Of a DNA stretch of 64,000 bases, positions 50,830 through 62,912 are shown one piece after another. Position 1 is the stretch's first letter, and each line of letters begins with the position of its first letter. The notes under the pieces are model-generated. The model was not told the DNA's origin, ran no database searches, and saw nothing but the letters and a program-made list of their open reading frames with translations. A program made the translations under genes and the position numbers. This DNA is from Felis catus (lineage: Eukaryota): the NCBI RefSeq assembly GCF_018350175.1, contig NC_058368.1, positions 63,800,001-63,864,000 of the forward strand, written 5' to 3'.

Positions 50830-51940
50830 TCTGCTGAGGCAGCTCTTGTCAAGGTCAGTAAGAGCCTCTCTCTCGTTAGTTCCCATGGTCAGTTGTTATT
50901 CATCATCTCTGTTGATCTCTTAATAGCATTTGACATGATAGATTAATTCCTTCTACTTGAATCATTTTCTTCTCTTGGTTTCTGGCACACTCCACTTTTC
51001 TGATTTTCCTTTTCACTGTTTTTTTTTTTTATTTTTATTCTTCTTGCTGGCTCCTCTTACTTTCCTGCATCTCTGCACTCTTTTCCTATCTTTTTGCCTT
51101 AGTTTATTTCATCCAGTACCATGGTTTTATTCCCCATGCCCAACAATCTCCAGTCTATATCACCAAGCTCAACTTTACTCCTGAGACAGAAATTAGTTTA
51201 TCTAACTCTATACTGATAAAAGTTTATTTGGACTTCTAATTGGCATTTGAATCTTAACGTGTCCAAAATGCAACTTTTAATTTCCAGCTCCCACCACACA
51301 CAAATATGGTGCCTCCATAGACTTGCCTATCTCAGTAAATGGCACCTGTGTGGATTCAGCAGCTGAGGCTGAGGCATCAGAGGTATCAGCGATCCTACAT
51401 TTACCCATTTTCTCTGCACCTTCCTCCATACAACAGCAAGACCCTTTGGATATAATTTAATACATGTGGCCAGTGTGATCACTTTTTGTAAATTATTCCA
51501 CTACCATCACAGCCCAGTCCACCAATGTCTACCATAGCTTATTAACTGGACTCCCTGTTTTCTCTCTTGTCCTTGTCCCAACAGTCCATTCTCCACACAG
51601 CAGCCACTGTGATCCTTTAATATACAAACCACATCATGCTCTTCATGTTTTATATTCCCCAGTAGTTTCTCATTTCACAATAAAATCCAAATCCCTTACC
51701 ATGGTCTGTGAGGCTGTTCTGATTTCTCTGACCTTTCATCCCTTCTCTCACTCACTGGTCTACAATCACATTGACTTTCCTCCTTTTTGCCAGTCAACAA
51801 GCTTCTTCACACCTCAGGTCCTTGCATTCTAGTTCCTGTGAACTCGCTAACCACACCCCATCTGCTCATGGCTGGTTTATTTACATCACTGACGCGTCTA
51901 CTCAAATGTTCCTCGTTGGAGGCTTTCCTACTCACCTTAT
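50830..51940 (+). mobile_element. L2 fragment (degenerate RT region to 3' part)
   Basis: ctcttgtcaaggtcagtaag...tgatctcttaatagcatttgaca (LLDLSAAFDT-like); cttaacgtgtccaaaatgcaac; cattctccacacagcagccactgtgatcttt-like segment. Confidence 0.75.
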
Positions 51941-53881
51941 CTCAAATGGTCAATCCAGAGAAAATGAATTTGCCCAAACCAATTTACTAAAACATTTTTT
52001 TAATGTGCCAAATAACCGAGTATTACAGTTTTATACAACAGTCCTGTATTTGTAGACTATGTTTCTGGGTTTGTTTTAAAGATTATTAGATTTGACTTAA
52101 AGTCTTCATCCTATAACAACTTATGAAACAATCTACAGTGAGTTGGTTGACATTGATTTTAACTGTTACGTAAGTGTTTAATTGAGCTTCAATTTTTGCT
52201 AAAATCATAAATTGATTTCCAAACATAAATGATTTTAAAATGATACTGGTAATAAATGTGAAGCACCATGATAACCGAATTAGTGGGTAGGGAAATGGGG
52301 AGAAAAGTTGAGAAAGCATTTTTCCATGCAGTGCTTGTCTGAGGAGACCAGATTAATTACTGATATGTTAATTTTTGGTGATACAGATCAATATTCTATT
52401 TACTATTTATTTGTATAGCTGACTAATTTCTGAAGAATGATATTATAAATCATACCGCATAACATTTAAAAATGTCATTAAATTAATATTGTAGAAAGCT
52501 TTTATTACACATTTTGTTTTATGGAAAAGTAGAGGAAATATGCAAATATCAAAGGGATGAATTCAGTATAAACAATTCCAGACTGGAGAAATTGGTAAGA
52601 CCATATTAAAATTATTGGAAGGCATTTTGTTAAAAAAAAAAGGCAGAAGGAGTTACAGTTCATTGTAATGTGTATGTGATAAAAACTGGTTGAGAAATTG
52701 CTCTTAAAATGATCACTACCTATCTACTCATATACCTACAATTCATTTCAGAGGAAAAGATAGTTTTTGGCACAGACTACCTCTGAAGTTTCAGGGTAGT
52801 AAGGAATTATCTATGATAGTAACAAAATTTGTGACTTGAGAACTGTAATGCACAAATATGTAAATTTGCTCTGAAAATTTCTCTTCGACCCAGGTACATA
52901 TTGTAAAATCGTCTGATTATCCACAGTTGATATGATTTAATATTTCTTCATCTATTTCATTGCTATGTTTGAGAATATCTAGGGTCTTAAATTGTAATAG
53001 ACACTTCAGACTTTGTATCTTAAAATGTTCATGTATCAAAAATAAAATAATAAAAATATGAAACGGGTCATAAAATGTCTGTTCATGTCATGCAGGGGAG
53101 GTTAGTATAACAGTAATTTCGCGATCATTACATTTTGAAATCCTCTTTATCATTAAAGCAATAAAAGCCCTATAAATATTGTTTCTTCCATTGTAAAAAT
53201 CTACCTGCATATAAGTCTTCACTGATTTTGCAATTTGTCAAGTTTAATTTTAAATCGATATCACCTTGTTTTATCTCCACTAGTTGTATTTAAGTTTAAA
53301 CCCTTGGTTTAAGTGTCAGTAATCATTTGTATGTACTATAAAATGTCTCTAAAGGGTATGTGGGCTGAAGAAAGTTGATGTAAGTTTTTTCTCATAGGTG
53401 TTTTGTTATTAAATTTTCACAGAATGTTAATGTTGAAAATTGAAGTGGATTCACATAAACTTCATGTATTCCAACTTCGCTTTCTACTTAATGAGATGAT
53501 GCATAAATTAATTCTCTCATAAAGCCAGGAGAAATTACATTTTTTATTCAATCACTAATTAGATTGCATTTTCTTATTGAACCTACCACACTTAGGTATG
53601 GAAAGGAAAGCTGGAAGTTTTATGCCTTGGTAGACTTGATGTGATACCACTGAGAGGAAGAGCTTATTGAAATTCTCAATGAAAAACAACAAAAAGATTT
53701 TTTTTTTCCTAGTCTGTTTCCTAAATTCCTTAAGGAAGGCCTAGCAAATGTTTAATTATTTTCAACATGTGTTATAATTTTTGGCATATCAAAAGAAAAC
53801 TGTTATTTGTATAGCTTAGGTGAGGGCTATGTTTTACTTATTAAAACTTTGTAATGAAAGGAACTGTATAGTTTCTCTTTA

Positions 53882-54114
53882 TTTTTTTTTATTTTTTTAA
53901 ATTTTTTTTTTCAAAGTTTATTTATATTTGGGACAGAGAGAGACAGAGCATGAACAGGGGAGGGGCAGAGAGAGAGGGAGACACAGAATCGGAAACAGGC
54001 TCCAGGCTCCGAGCCATCAGCCCAGATCCCGATGCGGGACTCGAACTCACGGACCGCGAGATGGTGACCTGGCTGAAGTCGGACGCCTAACCGACCGCGC
54101 CACCCAGGCGCCCC
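53882..54114 (-). mobile_element. Young felid CAN-SINE
   Basis: TSD tagtttctcttta at 53869-53881 and 54115-54127. Confidence 0.97.
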
Positions 54115-54640
54115 TAGTTTCTCTTTAATAATGAAGTAGAGATGATGAATTATTTAGCATCTAACCTCCCTTGGATTTGTAAACACCGATTTTATATATG
54201 GATTATTATTTTGCAGAACCACAAAATATTTGGGTTATTTGACAATTCTTTTGGCAAGTTTAAATTCTTGTTAAAATCATAATACCGATTCCATAAAATG
54301 GAAACACTCAACTCTATGATAAACACAGTAAGACAACAAAGTGATGGGTCTGTAAATTCACAGTTAATACAAACAACTAATTTTCATAAATTCAACTTCT
54401 GATTTTACCAACTTTTTAAAAAAAGATTAACACAGTCATCAAGTGGATTGGCTTCTAGATTATTCAGTTTCTGATATAATTGTTTATATATTAACGTTTT
54501 ATATTAGGATAAAAAACTCACAAAAGTATGTTTATCCCTAATTCAAATGTATACAGAACAATTGTTTACATTTTCATCATTGATTGGATTTAAAAAATAT
54601 TTAGGATCACAAATGTATACATTGAAAAATACTAACATAT

Positions 54641-54850
54641 GGGGACACCTGGGTGGCTCAGTCAGTTAAGCATCAAACTCTTGATCTTGGCTCGGATCAC
54701 GGTCTCATGTTTCTTCGGATAGAGCCGTGCTTTGGGCTCTGCACTGCCAGTGCAGGGTCTCTTTGGGGTTTTCTCTTTCTCAGTCTCTCTGCCCGCCCCC
54801 CCCACCCCCCGCTGGCTCTCTCTTTCTCAAAATAAATAAATAAACTTAAA
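54641..54850 (+). mobile_element. CAN-SINE
   Basis: ggggacacctgggtggctcagtcagttaagc head; flanked by aaaaatactaaca on both sides. Confidence 0.92.
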
Positions 54851-54971
54851 AAAAATACTAACACATGTTTAGGGTTCAGCTAACTGGAATGTGTCAATAT
54901 GAGATTTAACACAGATTGAAAGTAAAATCTTTAATCGTGATGAGTTAGTAGCATACCAAAAAAATATTACA

Positions 54972-55172
54972 GGGGCGCCTGGGTGGCTCAGTCGGTTGAG
55001 TGTCCGACTTTGGCTCAGGTCATGATCTCACAGTCTCTGAGTTTGAGCCCTGCATCGGGCTCTGTGCTGACAGCTCAGAGCCTGGAGCCTGCCTCAGATT
55101 CTGTGTCTCCCTCTGTCTCTGCCCCTTCCCTGCTCATGCTCTCTCTCTGTCTCAAAAATAAGTAAAACATTT
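54972..55172 (+). mobile_element. Felid CAN-SINE
   Basis: ggggcgcctgggtggctcagtcggttgag head; flanked by aaaaaatattaca on both sides. Confidence 0.95.
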
Positions 55173-55416
55173 AAAAAATATTACAGAATAAGTTCATTTA
55201 AAAAAGCTATTTTGTGTTTAGATATTCAGGAAATAATCAGAATGTTGATATTTGAGCACGTCTTCTCTTATTCAAAGATTAGCAAAAACAATACGTAGTT
55301 ATGAAAACTAAAATTTTAATTTTTACAACATAAAGTAAAGTTTTAAAATGTTACCATGATAGGATTCCTAACATTTTAATACATTCCATTATATTTTGTT
55401 TTAAAAATCTAGATCA

Positions 55417-55644
55417 GGGGTGACTGGTTTGCTCAGTCAATTAAACCTCTGACTTTGGCTCAGGTCATGATGTCATGATTCATGAGCTCGAGCCCCACAT
55501 TGGGTTCTGTGCTGTCAGGTCAGAGTCTGGAGCCTGCTTTGGATTCTGTGTCTCCCTCTCTCTCTGCCTGTCCCCCACTCACAGTCTGTCTGTCTCTCTC
55601 TCAAGAATAAATAAACATTAAAAAAATTACAAAAAATAAAAAAA
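55417..55644 (+). mobile_element. Felid CAN-SINE
   Basis: TSD taaaaatctagatcag at 55402-55417 and 55645-55660. Confidence 0.93.
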
Positions 55645-56390
55645 TAAAAATCTAGATCAGAGAAAAACTACTCTGAAATAAAATAAAAAAAGAAAATGTA
55701 AATATTAAATATATTATTTTTAATATTGTTTTCACAGAATAAATTAATTTGCAAAACCTATTTGTTATAGCAGCTGAAAAGACAAATTTCATATACCCCT
55801 GAATCATAGTAAGTTATAGATTACTGGGGCTCAAATTTTTAAATAAACCTTTTATTTTTTTTACTTTAAAAAATTGTGTGTTTGTACACCACTTAGAGTT
55901 GGCAGAAATCAGATGGAACATTTGTATTTCCTGGGGTAGCTTTCAACCTTTATTGCACTGAGAATTGTGTGGCAAGTATCAGCTGCACAAACAGGTCTAT
56001 AGCATGCACCTTAGAAAAACTGGCGGAAAGTATGTAATCGTGCCTGTGGTTTTGGTCTCTTTAAATTTACACTTATTTTTTAAAAATGGCAAACATTGCT
56101 GTTTAACCATTACTGGCAAATAAACTCATTTTCAATCTACCTCATAATTTTTGGCCACACATAATTTGCTGAGAGATGTGAGCCTATATTATTGAGAAAA
56201 ATATAAGCTTAGCAGTTTTATTTTGTTTCAGCCACAGGTTTAACTCACTTTCCACACGCACTCTTGAGGGTCTGTGAAAGCAGAGTGCAGTGGCTGACAT
56301 CGCAGCTGTGGGGTGAGACTGTTTCAGTGGAATGCTTGCTGAACCACTCTATCAAAGCAGAGCAAACATTTTATAGATTATCTGTGAGGG

Positions 56391-56560
56391 CAGTTTTTCC
56401 AAAACTGGTTAGGTTGACAGAATCATGGGGGCTGCTTGTTAAAGGGAGATTCCCAAACCCAAACAGACCTACTGGGTTGTAAACCCTAGTGCAGAGACCT
56501 GGCAATCTGTATTTTCCTCACCCAGCCTAGGTGATCAGGCGATCTCACTTGGTAAAACAG
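56391..56560. mobile_element. MER5-like hAT MITE relic
   Basis: cagtttttccaaaact...cagaatcatgggggctgcttgttaaa...agacctactg...ctggcaatctgtatttt. Confidence 0.55.
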
Positions 56561-56740
56561 CTAATCTCACTTGAAGCCTTCAACTGCTCACATTTTTGTT
56601 GAATACATAGTATGCAGCCTGCATTCTAGAGAGCACCGGGGATGCCTTCTCCTTTACAGACTAAAGTCTGTAATCCTCTATGTTGCAACAGAGTGACAGC
56701 CACCTTTAAAAACTGCTGCCTTTCATGGTAGGGCACATGC

Positions 56741-57110
56741 TGTTTTATTTTAGTTCAGGCTGCTGTCACAGAATACCATAGACTGGGTGCCTTATAAACA
56801 ACAAACATTTATTTCTCGTAGTTTTGGAGACTAGGAAGTCCCAGATCATAGTGCTGGCAGATTCATTGTCTGGTGAGAACCTACTTCCTGGTTCATGGAT
56901 GGTCATCTTCTGTGTCCTCACATAGCAGAAGGAGCAAAGGAGCTCTCTGGAGTCTCTTTTATAGAGGCACCAATCCCATTCATGAGGGCTTCACGATTCA
57001 TGAACCTAATCACCTCCTGAAAGCCTCACTTCCAAATGTCATCCACGTTGGAGATTAGATTTCAACATATTAATTTGGAGGAGGGGTGAACAAACATTCA
57101 GTCCGTAGCA
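56741..57110 (-). mobile_element. MLT1A-like MaLR solo LTR
   Basis: caggctgctgtcacagaataccatagactgggtgccttataaacaacaaacatttatttctc ... caaacattcagtccgtagca. Confidence 0.9.
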
Positions 57111-58359
57111 GGCATCTTGATATATCCCACTAAAGTTTGAGACCCAACATTAATTGGTCTCAGAACAGAATCAGAATACATGGGGCTGTATTTTACCTCT
57201 CGGTGCTTTTCGTAAAGGTGCTTGGTTTGGTTTGTTGTTGTTTATTTGTTTTTAGGAAATGATGGCATATTCATGACACAGTTCCATTTCATTAGTGGCT
57301 CTCACTGCACTTCTGCTTTTTATTATTTCATTTTCATTCTACTGTCGTTCCATCTCCTTTTATAATATATTCAATGGTCTGATTACTGAATCATTGTGTG
57401 GTCTTTTACAACCTAATTAAAAATAACGATGAGATTGGGGTTATGGGAGATAATTTTATTGATGTATTTTACAATTAATTATGTATTGATAACAGTCCAG
57501 CATCATTATTTATTATAATTAGGCTAATTATAAAATGTAATTACTAGAATAGCCAAGGTGTTCAACTGCTGCCTAAAGCTATCATTTTGAAATATAACTC
57601 TTGCTTACCGATTACCTCAACCTTCCTTAATTTGTGGATAAATTATTCTCTATTTCTGTGGAGAAATTGATTTGGGAGCATCAGTTACTTAAGTGAGAAA
57701 ATAAAGTGTCCCACAGTTAAGTCTTTGGAGATCAGATGATGAGAACAACAAAACAGTGTTCAGAAGATGGTCACACGATTATTTTCGTCAACTAATAGAA
57801 CTCATGACTCGCCTACTACTTAACAAGGTTTGCCAGTTAGGGCATTGTTTAATCATGAAATATTTTGCTTTCTTTTTCATTTGAACCTGGTAGGAATTCT
57901 AATGCAGTAACTAGTGTATAATCTACTAGCTTTCATTCTGGAAAAAAAAATTGAAAAAGCGTAAAAGTACAGTAGGTGGTGAATCAAGCATCTACCGTCA
58001 GTCTTTTATAAACAATGAACCCATGGTTGGAAATAATCTTCTCATCGACGCTTTTCTTCTGCCATTGGTGGGTGGTGGATGACCATGAAATAAAGTAAGT
58101 GGGAAACCACCATATCGTAACTTGTTTTTTATTTCAACACTTTTTGATTTCTTTACATTTGACTTTAGGAAATACATCTCATAAAACTTGCATGGTGTAT
58201 GCAACCTTTTGCATACACCAACCTGCTGACCAACCTTTATCCTTGGAGCACTAAATTGGGTTCCGTAGGCTGAGCATTTTCCCATTTGAGTCCTTAAGTT
58301 GGTTAGGATGCTACTGTCTGGAGCAGACGGATGGACAGTTTCAGCATGTATACTAAGCC

Positions 58360-58390
58360 TTTCCATGTTTTACCTCTGCTCTTGTTACAG
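58360..58390 (+). promoter_or_regulatory. Polypyrimidine tract and 3' splice acceptor of the GPC5 exon
   Basis: tttccatgttttacctctgctcttgttacag directly before the coding frame; a branch-point-like tactaag lies at about 58351-58357. Confidence 0.85.
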
Positions 58391-59085
58391 AAACCCTCGA
58401 AAATCTCATCAGACAAGCAGAGAATTACACCAGTATCTTCTTCTGCAACAGCTACAGAAATATGGCCTTAGAGGCTACAGCTTCAGTTCAGGAGTTCTTC
58501 AGTGATGTGGGGCTCTATTTGTTTGGCGCAGATGTTCATCCTGAAGAATTTGTAAACAGATTCTTTGACGGTCTTTTCCCTCTGGTCTACAATCACCTCA
58601 TTAGCCCTGGTGTGACGGACAGTTCCCTGGAATACTCAGAATGCATCCGGATGGCTCGCCGGGATGTTAGTCCCTTTGGTAATATTCCCCAAAGAGTGAT
58701 GGGGCAGATGGGGAGATCGCTGCTGCCTAGCCGCACATTTCTGCAGGCACTGAATCTGGGCATTGAAGTCATCAATACCACAGACCATTTACACTTCTCC
58801 AGAGAGTGCAGCAGAGCCGTCCTGAGGATGCAGTACTGCCCTCACTGCCAGGGCCTGACCCTCAGCAAGCCTTGCATGGGGTACTGCCTCAACGTCATGA
58901 GAGGCTGCTTGGCACACATGGCAGAGCTGAATCCACACTGGCATGCCTACATCCGGTCATTGGGAGAGCTGTCAGATGCCATGCATGGAACATATGACAT
59001 TGAACATGTGCTCCTGAACTTCCACTTGCTTGTTAATGATGCCGTGATGCAGGCTCACCTCGATGCACAAAAGTTATCGGAGCAG
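58391..59085 (+). CDS. GPC5: Glypican-5 internal coding exon (exon 3 equivalent), part of the Cys-rich core domain
   Basis: Acceptor tttacctctgctcttgttacAG ends at 58390; donor CAG|GTAAGC starts at 59086. The open frame reads (E)TLENLIRQAENYTSIFFCNSYRNMALEATASVQEFFSDVGLYLFG...RTFLQALNLGIEVINTTD...MQYCPHCQGLTLSKPCMGYCLNVMRGCLAHMAELNPHWHAYIRSL...AQKLSEQ. It contains the glypican motif CxxCxGxxxxKPCxxYCxNVMRGC, 8 Cys, and NYT and NTT sequons, and closely matches human GPC5 as I recall it. 695 nt, phase 1 start, phase 0 end. The ORF-track ATG (58462) is an internal Met. Confidence 0.97.
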
Positions 59086-59200
59086 GTAAGCAGCCACTCC
59101 ACACTCCCTGACTGATTTCTTAGAACTCGAGGGTTGGCCATATACATAAAATTAAGTGACTATAAGCACATTATTATGTACTTTAAAATTATGGCAACTT

Positions 59201-59407
59201 GGGGCGCCTGGGTGGCTCAGTCAGTGAGCGTCTGACTTTGGCTCAGGTCATGATCTCACAGCTTGTGAGTTCGAGCCCCATGTCAAGCTCTGTGCTGACA
59301 GCTCGGAGCCTGGAGCCTGCTTTGGATTCTGTGCCTCCCTCTTTCCCTGCCCCAACCCATTCACATTCTGTCTCTGTCTCTCTCAAAAATAAACATTAAT
59401 TTTTTTT
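59201..59407 (+). mobile_element. Felid CAN-SINE 115 nt downstream of the GPC5 donor
   Basis: TSD aattatggcaactt at 59187-59200 and 59408-59421. Confidence 0.95.
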
Positions 59408-59495
59408 AATTATGGCAACTTAATGAGTTAATACATTAGGAAATAGTAGGAAATTGTGTGGGTTTCCATATTTGATTCAAGATTTATTTTTTATT

Positions 59496-59690
59496 GGGCC
59501 ACCTGGGTGGCTCAGTTGATTGTTAAACTCTTCATTTCAGCTCAGGTCATGATCTCCAGTTCATGGTATCAAGCCTTGCACTGGGCTCTGTGCTGACAGT
59601 ACAGAGCCTGCTTGGGGTTCTCTCTCTCCCTCTCTCTCTCTGCCCCTCCTCTTTTGTTCTTTCTTTCTCTCTCTCTCTCTCAAAAAAATA
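59496..59690 (+). mobile_element. CAN-SINE
   Basis: gggccacctgggtggctcagttg head, CT tract, short A tail. Confidence 0.9.
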
Positions 59691-59799
59691 TATTTTTTAT
59701 ATCTTACAGTAAAATATTGGTTAGCTACTTTCCCCTTTCTAAGTAGAAGCCTTCTCATAGGATTAGTTCAGTGAGGTAGAGAGGACTCAGGTTTAAAAT

Positions 59800-60000
59800 G
59801 GGGACCCACATGGATTTGAATCTGCATTCTGCCAGTAATTCTCAGATGCCTTAGACTCTTTGAGCCTGTTTCCTCATTGATAAAAAGAGGATAGTAGCAC
59901 ATAACTTTTAGAGCATTCTTTTTTGGGAAGATAGGCAATATGTATGCAAACTACCTAGAATGGTGCCTTTTACTAAAAAAAAAAAATGGGTAGTTATTGT
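59800..60000 (+). mobile_element. MIR relic
   Basis: ggatttgaatctgcattctgcca...ctctttgagcctgtttcctcattgataaaaagaggatagtagca. Confidence 0.65.
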
Positions 60001-60498
60001 TAGCATTTCAAAGGTTTTCAACACTAAAATAGACATGCCAATTATATTTTCATTAAATGAAAACTTGACAGCTTAACGTTCAGAAGTGTTTCTTCAGAGA
60101 CTCTTCAGAATCTGTCACAGTGATGGTGTAATGATTTTTGAAAATGTGGTATATGCAACATCATGGTGTTTTATTCCAAGAAGATTTTAGGAAGTTTTTG
60201 AAATAAAATCATCAAGTAAAAAGGACACAAGAGTCTTCTATTTTTCCCACCTTCTGTAGAGCCATTTTCTTACATATTCACAGGCTCCTTAGTAATATTC
60301 TCATATCCCATACAGTGAAGTAGGACATGTTGCTGATGTTTATCCTAAATCATTTCTCCTGAATCAAAATTATACTCCTTGGTGCTGAAAGAAGACCTCT
60401 CTCCATTGTGGCACTAATTTATCAAGTTAATAAACATCCTAATCATTAGCCTTGGAAGTTGGTTTTCTTAATTTCTGATAGACATTGGATCTGAAAAT

Positions 60499-60568
60499 CT
60501 TTGTGCCCAATCACCTCCTCCCCCTTTCTTCTTAACTTTGTGCCCAATCACATAACTCCCCCTTTCTT
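60499..60568. repeat. Two-copy tandem duplication, period 37 bp
   Basis: ctttgtgcccaatcac...ctccccctttctt starting at 60499 and 60536. Confidence 0.92.
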
Positions 60569-62124
60569 TGCAGGGCCTGTGTGAGCCTGTAAGGTCCCCT
60601 TTGGCAGATTAGACATGGTGCCCTCTTTAGGTGGATGCCACACCATTGTGTGGCTTGGCGGGTAGAAAGTGAGCTGGACTTCAACTCCTACTTCCTGATT
60701 TATTCAGCTGGATGTTTTTATATAGTGAACAAGGTTCCCAACCATATGCACTGGTCCAGATCTTTCTTCAATCTGTCCCTTTCTGGAGATCAGATAAGTA
60801 CTAGAACTTTTGGAAGGGATATAATAAACGAACTCAAAGTGAGACTTCTAAGGTTTCAAGTATTTCATAATTATGGGAAATAAACCTTTAGATCCAGGAA
60901 ACAAATATTAGTATTATGATATTGAGTGTCTCCAGAAGGGAAAACAGGCACAAGAGCTCTGAAATCAAGTCCAGATTTGATATTAATTTGAGGGCATGCC
61001 ATGTAATCCCAAAGGGCCAGAGTTTTCTAATATACATAAGTAATTAGGTTTCTAAGATTCCTTTTACTATCTGTTTTGAAAACTGGAGGGCCTTTTTGTA
61101 TCCTTAAAATCTATCACATAGAAAATTATCTATTTTTCCTATTTCAAACACTAAACTAACCAGGCTCATACTTCGATAAACCTGTTTTTAAGTCCTGACT
61201 TTGCTATTCACTGGTCATGTGGCCTGGGACAGCTACTAAAACCCTTTGATTCTGTTTTGTCCTGTGTGGAGAAGGTAGAAATGGTTCAAGTGGGGAAATG
61301 TCGGTAAGTCTCTGACATTGGTAGACACCAGTACCCGAAATGCTTGCTTTATTTCTTTGCTTATTCTAAGTCCAGCCTTGAGCCAACCTCGGGGAAGCAG
61401 GTTACTTTAGAATCTCAAAGAGTGAGAATCATCATTGTACTTGTGTTTTATAAAGAAGTTTTAAACAAAACTTTTGTCATATGAAACTCTGTGGTGAATT
61501 TATAAAGAACATTCTTTTCTTTTAGGCAAATCGTTTGATTTGATATAATCAGTAGTCCTAGGACTATCTTGAGAAACATCAATCATTACTAATAAGTTGT
61601 TAGATCCTTTTCTAAAAAAAACAACTGAGATTCTCTTTTTTAACTTATGGCAACAGAAAAAGGAGATACTACTGACTTTAAATTCCTTGAAAATTGACTC
61701 ATTAATATTTATTTCTGCCAACTTCAAAGTGATTTATAAGCTGTTTATCAAGCTTCGATAACCAGTTCACACATCAATGAATTTAACAAATTCAAAATAA
61801 ATTACTGGAGAGCCAGCAAATAATGACTTTCTCACATTCCCAAAGCAATCTCTGAGATCTAGGACTTCCAAGTCTAGTCCTCAATAAATACATATTTTCA
61901 CTTTAAGAAATCCATAGAGGTATCAGCTGTATCATATTTCTGTTGGATGAATTTCAACTGGAAAAAAAAATGTTACCAGTTTCCTGAGGAAAATCATGAG
62001 TCTCTCCTGTTTAATAAGCCGTTAGGGAAACAAAATTTAATTTACAATAGGGTATTTTCATTTTATAATTATTCTGGGGATTAAGACAATACTTAATTTA
62101 ATAAAGCATTAACAGAGAGCCAGC

Positions 62125-62345
62125 AAAGTGTAGATATTAAAAGCGCTGGCTCTACTGTCAGACTGGATTTCACAGGTGCTCTGCCACTTACTGGCTATGA
62201 GTTTGGGCATTTGATTATTTAATCTCTCCTTTCCTTAGTCTCCTCTGTGGTGAAATGGGGCAATAATACCTACATCATAGAGTTCTCACCATAAAATGAG
62301 CTTTCACACTTCGATTAGTGTCTTATACATGTTAAATGTTTAAAT
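62125..62345 (+). mobile_element. MIR relic
   Basis: aaagcgctggctctactgtcagactggattt...ctctgccacttactggctatga...gtgaaatggggcaataatacctacatcatagagtt. Confidence 0.75.
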
Positions 62346-62912
62346 CCTACTAATTCTTATCACTACTATAATCACTACTAATTATTTATCACAATAAATA
62401 ATTATTATTTATGAATGCTTTGTTGATTTCTGTGGTGTTTTAAATGCTCCTAAAGCAAACATACCTTTCCTAATGTGGAATAGAGTTGAAAAAATATTAT
62501 AAATTGTCGTTTAATGTAAGCAAATAATTGTAAAGATTTTCCTTGAATGAGGAAAAAAACTGGAATTTTCATAAAACTTTATACAACACTATAATGTGCT
62601 TTTAATATTAATTAATTGATATTAATTCATAATATATAAAAATCATTTCATAATCATTCCTAATGTTCAGAAATCATTTAATGATCAAATGATTTCTTGT
62701 GAGGAAATCATTTATTTTATAAAATAACACTTTATTTTTTGCTATTAATTACACATAGCATATTATTTATTAATATAATTTAATATTTTAACTTATTAAA
62801 AGAACCCAGAACCTGTGTTAATTTCAGTGGTTCAACATCTTCTAAATGGAGCAAATATTACTAAGAAACTCAACTGCACATTGATTCTATACAATTTTAG
62901 AAACGAAATGGT

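Noticed and set aside
58462..59115. 217-aa ORF as a stand-alone gene or processed pseudogene
   Set aside because: Glypican similarity begins upstream of the ATG at a splice acceptor and ends at a splice donor; it is an internal exon.
61741..61765. Short palindrome ctgtttatc-aagcttc-gataaccag
   Set aside because: Only 8 of 9 pairs; expected by chance in 64 kb.
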